DNA of 35,061 bases from Thelocarpon superellum (lineage: Eukaryota). Below the pieces are notes generated by a model, which was not told where the DNA came from, did no database searches, and was given only the letters and a program-made list of their open reading frames with translations. The stretch lies in the NCBI GenBank assembly GCA_026025795.1, contig JAPEUG010000164.1, positions 1 through 35,061 of the forward strand, in the 5' to 3' direction. Both the position numbers and the translations under genes were made by a program. Below, one piece after another: positions 22,808 through 33,168 of the stretch; positions within the stretch are counted from its first letter, which is position 1; each line of letters begins with the position of its first letter.

Positions 22808-23406
22808 GAAGATCGACCACCGACGTCGACGTCGTGTCTGGACTTATTGATAAGTTTTTATTCGTCTTTCGCATGGGCGATATCTGCCTGGCTGGGAGTC
22901 GGGACTGGAGTCATGTCGATTGCACTATGTGTCCGAAGGAATTGAGGGAGCATTATCAGGGCGAGACGGGAAGGGACTGGCGGAGACGAAGGAAGGAAAG
23001 CCGGGAGGGGGAAGGAGGAAGGCGACAAGTTGTCAATCATCCTTGTTACCCTCCAACCTCTCCGTTCGTCTTCATCTTCACTCCACGTGTCGATGCGTTT
23101 CATCTCGATATCGGCATGCATCCATGCCCTTGTGCTAGTCCTTGTCCGCGCCCATGTCTCTGTCTTTGTCCTGTTTCATCCTGGCCGCATGACTCATTAC
23201 TGCAGCATCGGCATCGGCCTCGGAGCCATTCATTACCATAGATTAAACTTTAGTCAATCGCTGAAGCATCCGCTGCAACATGCTCGACAGCTTCCGACCA
23301 ATTTTGGTACCAAGTTGTTGATTCATCGATTCATCAATTCACTTACTCACTGACTAGGTATCTACGACCTACGCCCTAGGTCATACCCATACCGCAACGC
23401 ATCTCG

Positions 23407-26139
23407 TTACTGCATCTCGACCTCCATTTCCCGTTCCAGCGCCGACCCAGACCTAGCGGACGACGGTGCACCTGCACCGTGTGATCCCAAGGCCCTCGCT
23501 GCCATTGATGCCGCCGACGCCGTGGACTTGGTGCTTGGATACGCCGCGGTGGCGGCGTCACTCTTATTGTTGCTGCTTGATGACATGAACGTTGCTGTGG
23601 TAGAGGCAGTGTGCGAAGGCGCGCTGTGCCCCTTCTTCATCAGCCCCAGCCGCGCCAGGCCCGCGTTCAGACCCTCGCTTGCTGCTGCGAATTCTTCGCT
23701 TAGTGCTGTTGCGGCCGCTTTGGCTTTGGTCTTGGCTTGCGAGTTGCTGCTGCTGCTGATGTTGTTGTTGTTGTTGTTGTGGTTGTGGTTTTTGTTGCTG
23801 CCATTGTCGGCACGCGCGCGAGGATGGGACTGAGGGTGCGGGTGCGGGATGGGGTGAGCATGGGTGTCGGTGAGGGCACGCGTCGTTTCGACGCCGGTGA
23901 GGACTGTGTCGTTGATCGGGGTAGACGTGGAGTTGGAATTGGAGTTGGAGTTGGTGCTGGTGCTGATGCTGGTGCTAGTGCTGGTGTTGGGAGAGAATGA
24001 AGTCGTGGATCCATTCATCTCGTCGTCGGTGCGCCCGAATACCTCGCTCCACCAGCGCACTTCTTGCACGCGGGGAAATAGGAGTCGCTCGTGGTCCTTT
24101 GCGTTGTCGTCGATTTCCGGCCCCGTGTAGGCCGAATTCAGGAATTGCTCTTTGCGGCTCAGGAAATAGTCCCACACGCTGCGCGTCTTCTCCTGGACCT
24201 TGGCTTCGACCCGCTCGCGCTCGCTGTTGTAAAGGAAGGTGCCATATTGGCAGGAGTAGAGATGGTAGAGCAGTCGGCGGAGGAAGCGCTCGTTGAACTC
24301 GAACCTGGTCGGGTGCTGATGCAGGAGCTGGTAGGTCGCGTCGAGGAATTGGTGGAAGACGGGAGAGGTTTCTTTTACTTTCGTAGCTTCTTTTTCTGCG
24401 CCGGCACCGCGACCTGGTGAGGCGCCATGTTGTTTCGACAGCGGTGAGTCTCCATAGGTGGGTAGCTCGCCGTCCGAGTCGACAACCGAGTCCCGGCTGT
24501 TGTTGTCCTTGTTGAAGAATCCTTTCGCGCTGAGCAGGGCGTTCTCCAAAGCCTTGCCGCCGCTCGAGGACTGCATCAGACCCGGTGGTCCCACTGTCCC
24601 GTTTTGCCCCCCAAGCCCCTCGTTCTGCGTCACGAACCACTTCTCGCTACTGAGAAAGCCGGATCGGTGCCGGAACATATGACCGAAGGAGAGCCAGTCT
24701 TTCTCGACGAGCACGATGAACCCCTCCAGCGTGCGATAATAGGGGTCCAGGCATAGTTGGCTTAGCGCGCTGAGCTGACTAGTGCGATCCCAGCCATCGG
24801 AGCAGTGGATCAAGACATGTGAGTGTTGCAGCCCGACTTGCCGCGCGATGAGTCCCGCGCCGTCGAGAATGCCCGCAATGTGTTTCAGCCATCCGCTTCG
24901 AGCCAACAGCTCTCGATTAGGTGGAAGAGGGGTGATATCGGCGTCGCGAATGGCTTCGATCACCCGGGCCAACGATTCCCGCATGACGTGGATGTTGTCG
25001 ATGCCCAGGTAGGCCTTGGTCGCAAAGCTGTAGTTGTCCATATTCTCCGACCCCAGGCCGACGGCTTGCATGGCATATGCATTCACCGTCGGCCGTGCAT
25101 CTACGATGAGATTGCTCTGTTGCGCACCGTACACCTGCTGCGCGCCTTCCCGCTTGTTGGCACCAGCGATCATGCTATCCTCAAAAAGTTCGCTCTTTGA
25201 GATCGCAATGGTCGAGCTGGCCGGCGTGTGAAACTGGCTTGCGTCGGGACTCGAGTTGTGCTCGCGACCAGGTTGCGAGCTGGCGAAGATAGCCGCCACC
25301 AGTTTCTCATCCTGAATACTGCGGTTGCCGCGAAAGCCCGCGAGTGGCTGCGAGCTACGGGTAATGGTGCAGTTGTTGACGGGATGCAGATAGGTCAGGA
25401 TAGGAATCCGGGCCCTTGATCGGTATTTGCCCGCGTAGTTGAGCACATTGTCGGAAATGGCGGTGGGAACGGGCAGGAGAGCTGGGTAGGTGGGGGAGAA
25501 CTTAACATCCACAGGTCAGCCGCTTCCAACCAGAGGGAAAGAGACGGTTTGCTTTCCGCACCTTGTAGTCTTTGTTGATCGTGGTTATCCTCCAGCCAAT
25601 ATCGACCCCCTTGTCGCTCACCCCCATTCGCTTCCACTCACGCCGCGCATCGTACACCTCCCAACTGTTCACATCTTTCTCTGGACGCTGAGGCTGGTAG
25701 GTAAAGGCGTAGAGCTTCTCGATTCGTCCCAGCTTACACGTCAGGGACTTGATGCTCTCATACACATCTTTAGCCGCCTGGTCTTCGGAGAAGTGAAAGG
25801 TCACAAAGGTAAAGTCACGACATCGTAGGCGGATCGAGGAGGCCAGACCGGACGCTGGCGAGGTGGGACGAAAGGCGCAATGTGAGACCATGGGATAGGT
25901 GATCCATAGCTCCTTTGGACGCGCTTTCGTTGGCGTGTCGGGACCGCTGGGGGCTGGAGGCTCGTTTGGGGGAGTCGGGGGGTGGCTGAAGATCAAATGA
26001 TGCGGGGTGAGATGTAGTGTGCCAGACAAGGGGACACCTCGGCGGAGAATCTGCACATCATCGACCTTTGGATTCATCAGTGACATCGTCGTCTCGCACG
26101 CAGCGAGTGCCTGACCTTGGATATGCGGATCTTGTCCAT
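23407..26139 (-). CDS. YMR1: myotubularin-family PI(3)P phosphatase Ymr1; exons 26139-26116, 26065-25562, 25500-23407
   Basis: MDKIRISK|VDDV, PH-GRAM region GTLHLTPHHLIF, WRITTINKDYK|FSPTYP, catalytic VLIHCSDGWDRTSQL, EKDWLSFGHMF, SPVFHQFLD; introns 26066-26115 and 25501-25561. Confidence 0.95.
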
Positions 26140-26363
26140 GGTGAGGAGGGTCGGCGCGGGGTGCGGGGTAGGCACAAGATGGATCGCTGCACGGCTGCAT
26201 CAGCTATTGAGGCCGACATCCACTGTCCTTTGGTGATGAAGATCTCTGCCGTCGTCCGCTGAACCCATCCATCACCGCGAGTCTATGCAGTCTATCGAGG
26301 GGCATGCTGATTGCAGTCTGGGGCAGACCGCATAGCTCGCTCGATAGGTCGTAGCGCAAGTGG

Positions 26364-26462
26364 CACGTGCAGTGAGATTACGGTACGCCGTTTGAAACCT
26401 TGCCGTCGTCACCTTACTTTCTTCCATGTGCGGTCGGCAAGATAATACAGTCCTAGCCCTAG
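26364..26462 (+). promoter_or_regulatory. candidate ribosomal-protein promoter motifs: CACGTG (26364-26369) and TAGCCCTA (26454-26461)
   Basis: An E-box and the reverse complement of TAGGGCTA about 145-240 bp upstream of the RPS3 ATG, similar to the Cbf1 and Tbf1 sites of Candida albicans RP genes. Confidence 0.4.
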
Positions 26463-26604
26463 ATTGCACCCCACCTAATGCGACGCGAGACGACCAACTT
26501 CAAGATTCGATCAGGTCCTAGTTGTGTCGACTCCCTCACCACCATCTCATCGGCCCCCCGTCTACGCTGCCGTTCGAGCAGTCCATAGACGTTTCTCATC
26601 AATC

Positions 26605-27726
26605 ATGGCTGCCGTCGCACAGGGAGGAGCAATGTGGGTTCTCCGTCGGCGCATCGAATTCGAAGTGAGCAACGACTGACCGGCCCTTATAGCTCAAAGC
26701 GTAGAAAGTTTGTCGCAGGTACTGTCCACCCCACTCAAATGGCCTGCTCCACCATCTCCACTGTCTTCCTGGCAAAGACTCCGTGAGGGTTTGCAGGCGG
26801 CATTGGCGGCAGTGATTCGGCATGGCCGCATGGTTGTCTCAATGCTTCCGCCCGATCGCTAACTCTCTTCTTCGCAGATGGCGTCTTCTACGCCGAGCTC
26901 AACGAATTCTTCCAGCGCGAGCTGGCGGAGGAGGGTTACTCTGGTGTCGAAGTCCGAGTCACGCCCACCGTCACAGATATCAGTACGTTGTTACGGTCAG
27001 GTCGGTGGCCCAACGTTGACCAATTATAGTTATCCGGGCCACACACACCCAGGAGGTTCTCGGCGAGCAAGGCCGGCGGATCCGAGAACTCACGTCGCTG
27101 ATCCAAAAGCGGTTCAAATTCCCAGAGAACTCTGTCTCGCTCTACGCCGCAAAGGTTCAAAACCGTGGTCTTTCCGCCGTGGCTCAATGCGAGTCGTTGC
27201 GGTATAAGCTGCTGAACGGCTTGGCTGTGCGGAGAGCATGCTATGGTGTGCTGCGCTTCATCATGGAGAGTGGTGCGAAGGGGTGTGAGGTAGTTGTCAG
27301 TGGCAAGCTGCGAGCTGCCCGAGCCAAGAGCATGAAATTCACCGTGGGTCTGCTCTGGAACGGATGGACCAAAGTCTTCCGAGCTGACAGCATCATCAGG
27401 ACGGCTTCATGATCCACTCCGGTCAGCCGGCCAAAGACTTTATCGATTCCGCCACGCGCCACGTCCTCCTCCGCCAAGGTGTCCTTGGCATCAAGGTGAA
27501 GATCATGCGTGGTTCGGATCCAGAGGGCAAGTCGGGCCCCCAGAAGTCGCTTCCAGACTCCGTCACGGTCATCGAGCCCAAGGAGGAACAGACGGTCGTG
27601 CAGCCGATGAGCCAAGACTACGGCGCCAAGGCTATCGCCGCCCAGCAAGCCGCCGAGGCACAGCGATTGGCGGAGCAACAGGAGCAAGCGCAGGCTGGTG
27701 GGGAATATGGCGGCCAGGAAGAGTAG
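26605..27726 (+). CDS. RPS3: 40S ribosomal protein S3 (uS3); exons 26605-26633, 26693-26718, 26878-26982, 27030-27343, 27400-27726
   Basis: Spliced product [99 protein letters not shown]. Confidence 0.98.
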
Positions 27727-28115
27727 AGAGGGGTACAGATCCGGGGAGGGGATAGCTTACCTGATCATACCACGACGCAGCTCTTCATTTCTGTACCGGT
27801 AATCTCACTGAAATCCCAAACCGTTACCGCGCCAGAAGATCATGATGAGGTGACGATGGGGATGATGCGAAGAGGAGGTCTACGCGCATCTCCATGCCCG
27901 TAACGATATGACGATGGTGGAAATTTGAGCATGGTAGAGCCCTCGATAAACTTTGGCGCCAGCGGTTTGTAAGGTGTGGTGATCTTGGTGCAGGAAGGCA
28001 AAGCGGCGGGGCATCCCTGTCCCAAAGGCAGTGCGACGTACGTAGCACCTTCCCTCTCGCCCTCTAGATCTTCAAACATGCATCCGGTCTCCAAAAGGAA
28101 CAAAACACCACAAAA

Positions 28116-29366
28116 ATGGAAGAGACAGCGGCCCGCCCGACATATTTGGAGCCCAGCGAGCTCGGGACCAAGGAATAGTACGTCGCTGTGGATACCTCAT
28201 TGAGTTTCCTTCTTCATCTGTCCACCCCTCGCTCCCCCACTTCGCTCCCCCACTTTATCTCCGTTGTCATCGTCATGCTCGTCTCTTGGTGTAAGGAGCG
28301 CAACGACTGACGTGCTTGGGAAAGCTGGGATCAAGCGTACGCCTCGGAATTAAGCTCGCACTTCAATCGCACCAGCATGACCAAGGGCTCTTCGTCCGGC
28401 GGTGCATCCGCAGCTGAGGATGATGGCGAAGATGATGATGACGATGATGATGACGATGATGACGTTGACGTTGATGTTGGGGATGCCGGCAGTACGATAT
28501 GGTTCTCGGATACCCGCGCCCAGGAGAAGATCGTGGCGCATCTGTGCAAGCATCCTGAGCTTCTTGACAGCTCTCTCTCGTCATCTGCACGTCCAAATCC
28601 TTTTACACCCTCGACTTCAGATCAAGACGCCTACCCTTCCTTTCTAGATCTTGGTACCGGTAACGGCGAGATGCTTTTCGCACTCCGAGACGCCGATCAA
28701 GTATGGAGTGCGCGTGGGCGCATGCTGGGCGTGGATTACGTGGCGACGGGGATCGAAGTGGCACGTCGGAGGGCGGCGGTCCGTGGATATGGCATGAACG
28801 GGCCAGGGGAAGGAGAAGACAGACGAGAGAGAAGAGAAGAGGCGAGAGGAGCGGGAAAAGATGCCGTGGAATTCAAGCAATGGGATATCCTCCATGACGA
28901 CGTGCAAGCTATTCTAGGACGCGGGCCCGGATTCGACGTCGTGCTGGATAAAGGCACATTCGACGCCGTGAGTTTGAGTACAGAGGTGATACACGTTCCT
29001 GCTCTTTCTTTAGCGTATGAGCAGATACCAAGCGCAGCGGATGAGGCAGGAGAGGATCAGGGAGTTCACAGAGAAGATGGAAAAGCAGCCTCCACAAAAG
29101 CCCTACGAGGCGTGGAAGTCTATCCCTCACGAGCAGCGCAACTCGTGAAGCCAGGAGGCTTGTTGATCGTGACGAGCTGCAACTGGACGGAAGAGGAGCT
29201 GACGGCCTGGTTTGTGCGTGAAAGCGAGGGCGACGGTGGAGCAAGCACGGCGCTTTTGGAGGTCCAGGGCCGAATTGCCTATCCCCGCTACAGCTTCGGT
29301 GGCCGGCAGGGCCAGAGCGTGTGCACGCTGCTTTTCAGACGGAGACCGGTCCGTGGAGCATTCTAA
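28116..29366 (+). CDS. EFM4: eEF1A lysine N-methyltransferase Efm4/See1; exons 28116-28177, 28325-29366
   Basis: LEPSELGTKEYWDQAY formed across intron 28178-28324 (GTACGT..ACTGAC..AAG); GSTIWFSD, FLDLGTGNG, GVDY, FDVVLDKGTFDAVSL, VTSCNWTEEEL, YPRYSFGGRQG. Confidence 0.93.
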
Positions 29367-29859
29367 CCAATCGACCGACGAGACGAAATCCTTCCACGCC
29401 ATGTTCGACGAACAGGCTGTCTGAGTTATGCGAGCCAAGCCGGGTCGAGAGGAGAGTTCTCTGAGTGAGGAGAGGTCCGCAGGTGAGCACAAGGATTCAA
29501 TTGGGAGTGGACAGGAGAGCTGGGCTCGGGTGTGCCGTGGGGTGGATGGCGGGGTGATACGAGGCATGACGCCGGGCTCTTCGGCGTCGGACCACGCACC
29601 AGGTCGCAGCAACTCACCACGATCAGAAGACCGGCTACGTCGTGTCTCACGTCATCACATGAAAGGTCACGAGTCAGGCACTCTGCCCAATATGTAACCC
29701 TGGATGCTTGCAGCTAGACGCCCAGACCCACATCCTTTCTCTTCTCCTCTCGCGCACAGCTTCGGCACGCCAGGACACGCGGGGAACACGAGGGAAGAAA
29801 GGTACGGGTGCAATCCCGTTGGCGTAGAATGACCAGTTTATTCGGAGCATCTCGAGAAT

Positions 29860-32166
29860 CTATGGAGACGTGTGCATCGCATCCGAGATCCCACCGGCGG
29901 CCGTTGTCGCAAAGTACCGCACGTCCACGTCGTCATCCTGCTGCAGCTTCTCCAGGTTTGGCAAGATCTGCTGCTGCACCAGCTCCAGCCCTCGCGGCGA
30001 CGGTCCCACCGTCACCCCAGACTTCTCAATGGACAGAATCGTCCCGTCCGCAGGAAGTCGCTTCAGCACGTCGATCAGAACTGCGTAGGACTTGGCCACG
30101 TTGAAGCGGATGTTGGGGATGTCGTCCGACACCAACCGGTCCATCATCGGTAGGATGGCTCGCTCAATTACGTCTAGGTTAATGGCCGGCGCTAGGGTCT
30201 AGGGGTCTGCCGTCAGCACGTTAGCGGGGTCAAAGCGCCACGTCACTCACCGAGATGGCAAAGCAGGTCGTCATGCGGTAGAGATAGTTTGGATGTTGCC
30301 CCATAGCCATGACCTTGGGGATGATGGCATCGCTAGCCCACTCCACCCCGAAGACCTCTGTCAGCTTCTTGAGGTTCTGCGTGGCGGCATCGCGGATGGA
30401 GAAGACCGTGTCTCCCAGCCAGCTCATGCAGAGGTTGCTAAGCTTCTCGTCGAAGAACTTGACTCCGAGCTGGCTGGCGAGCAGGGGAATATATTCGATG
30501 ATGGCGAGTCGAACGCGCCACTGTTTGTCTTCGGCCAGCTGCACGATGGCGGGAAGGAGGGATTGCGAGAGCAGCTCGATGCCGATCACTGATGGGGTCA
30601 GCACAGTGACGGTCGGACGACGTATGTGGAACCCACCTTTGTTCACCAGCTCCAATTTGGAAATGATGTGCAGTCGCACGTCGGGAAATTCATCTTTGAG
30701 CATCTGCAAGAACATCGGGAGGAGGTGGGCAATGGTTCTATCAACAAACAGTCAGAGCCATCCTTCATCATGGGACGCGAAGGCTGCGCACTCTTCCTTG
30801 CCCAGGATTGGGGCAAGTCCACTGATCTGTGTGCCCAAGGCGGCCCGAACGTGCTGTGAAGAGTCGGACACCAGATCCTCGACGCTAGTCATGATCTCGT
30901 TGAGGAGGGTGTCACGGTCGAGCAGCCCACAGAATCCTAGCAGAGTCAGCACATCAACGGTCGGACGACCGGCCATTCTGGCCCACCAGACGACATACCG
31001 GGAATCTGGCCGGCGATGGCCGTGCGGACCTCGGCCTCGGAATCTTTGAGCAGTTTGACAAAGGCGGGAACCAGATCACGCGCGACCACTTCTTCATCCA
31101 CCGCCTTGGCGATCTAGAACATCAATCCATCAGCGTCCGTTCACTCATCATGTCGCGTGAGCGGAGGGCCTCGGTTACCTTCTCGAACCTGTCAGCCACC
31201 ATGTATCGCACTCGCCAGCTCTTATCCTCGAACAGACTGCGGAGGGCGGTCAGGAGCACGCCGTGACTCGATTGCTGTTCTTTCGGCACCACTTCGGCCA
31301 CGGCGATGAGGATGTCGACGGTCAACAAGCGCACGCTATCCTGATCGTCTCCAGCAAGATGCTGAAACAAAGGGATCATCTCCTCGATGACGATAGCTGC
31401 CGGCATGGCCTTGACGAAGCGGGCAAGGTTGTTGGCGGCTTGCCGGCGGACCATGGGCGTGTCATCGTGCACGAGCTGGCCGAATTGCTGGCGCAGGATC
31501 TCTTGTGATGGGGGGGTCGCTTTCGCGTATGGCACGTTATAGAGCCCTGTCGCCGAGATCTTGGATGTGAACCAGTCCGCTTTGGACAGGCGAATGGTGA
31601 GGGGAATGAAGTGTGCCTCGACCTGCTCTTGCGACAGCTGTTCGCAGATGCGGTTTAAAGATTCCACCGCCTTCAAATCCGTCAGCGTATCGCTCAACCA
31701 TCATATACGTCCAAGAGAAGCCTACCTTGTCGCGCACCAGCGGTTCCTCAATCGCCGCCAGGTTTTCCAAGGGCGACAAGAGGACATGGCCATATTTCGG
31801 TCCCCCCACGTATTCCACGAAGCCGCCCAATTCATCACTCAGCGCCGTCAGCACTTCGTCTTCATCCTCCACCGATTCTGTGGTGTGGATCAGCATCGCG
31901 TCGTGTCCCATGAAATGGGGTTCAGCAGACCATCTAGAAAGGGAACCAATTCATCTCTCGTGCGTTCTGGGCCGAGGGCCAACGCGATTGTGGACAGGCG
32001 GTGGATGGCATTTAACCGGAGAAGGACGTCATCATGCTAAGGGGAAGGCGAGGCCGCATCAGCGATATTCCCCAGGACACGTGCACAAGATCGGGATGGG
32101 TACCTTCAATTCATCTATGAGGACGGCGATGGGATAGAGCTCATCATTCTGGTTCTGCCCATCCAT
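29860..32166 (-). CDS. TPD3: protein phosphatase 2A scaffold (A) subunit, HEAT repeats; 9 exons (introns 32037-32103, 31878-31930, 31671-31725, 31114-31178, 30937-30998, 30738-30791, 30589-30636, 30199-30250)
   Basis: [102 protein letters not shown]. Confidence 0.97.
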
Positions 32167-33168
32167 GGTGCGAAGGAGTGCGAGGTGCAATAGCTGGCAC
32201 GAACGAGCGAGGTTCGATGAGATTTACGTCGCAAGCGATGAATCACGAGAGAGCGCGCGGGTGGAGCAGGGTAGGTGCGCGTCGAAGATGAAGCTGGCCA
32301 GAGGGCGGCAGACGGCCCAGTCCCAACCGGCGGCTGTACACGATCACGGATGGAGACACAGGGAGGAAGGACGGGGTGGACAAACTAAGGGAAGATGGCC
32401 GGTCAGCTTGGGGGAGATCTTTTGATGATGGCGATGATGAAGGGTGAGGATGCATTATCCATCACGACGCGGCCTGCATAGCATTGATGAGGTGGTAGCG
32501 GGACGATGGAACAACGTACGGTACGCCTGGATCCTGTACAAGGTGGAAGCCGCGAGGGAGGTGTGGGGAGGTGTGGGGAGGTGGAGCAAAGTCGGGGTGA
32601 GGTGGTGGGTATCAATGTGTGGGGTCACGAGAGGGTTGCGTTGCTTGCTCCGTAAATAGCAGGGCAGATGAAGCCGCAGCGACCAGGGCGAGCAAGACGG
32701 TCGGCCGTAGGCCGGATAGTTAGTTGGTCGGCACTTCGCGAAATGATGATTGTTGGTGGAGCCGTTTGGTGCGCCACACGCCCGGCTACCCCGACTACCT
32801 AGTTCCACGTATCCATCTGGCGCTGCAATAATCCCGAAACTAGAGGGGCTCCCACAAGAGTACGTCGGTCGTCGTACCTTTGGCCAACCTCCTCTTGTTC
32901 CGATTTCCGTCAACTGTGGCTAGCTTCAGCCTCGCTTCTCACGCTAGCCTGAGACACTGAGGCAGGGCGTGACGGCCAAGGTGAAGTGACGGCCATTAAT
33001 TCCGATTGTTGAGTGTGCCGCAACACCACAGACTCACCCCGCACCGCCATGATAAAACTTGTCTCCCGGGCGCCTCTGTTCTCCGATTGTTCCCACGGCC
33101 TTAAATCATTCCCGGTGACTGCGATCAAGCCTCGCTACAGTCTGAGGCATTGATCACTATCGTTCGCC

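Noticed and set aside
22524..22874. ORFs encoding poly-(DED) on the minus strand and poly-(ILI) on the plus strand (22623-22850)
   Set aside because: Both are translations of the microsatellite; the flanks show no protein-like sequence or splice support.
26719..26877. Box C/D or H/ACA snoRNA in RPS3 intron 2 (vertebrate RPS3 introns host U15)
   Set aside because: There is no RTGATGA/CTGA pair and no ANANNA hinge or terminal ACA at the proper positions; I kept it as a cis-structure instead.
28178..28324. Nested (stwintron) structure in the longer EFM4 intron
   Set aside because: There is no internal branch point/AG pair; the extra length comes from pyrimidine tracts and a TCGCTCCCCCACTT duplication.
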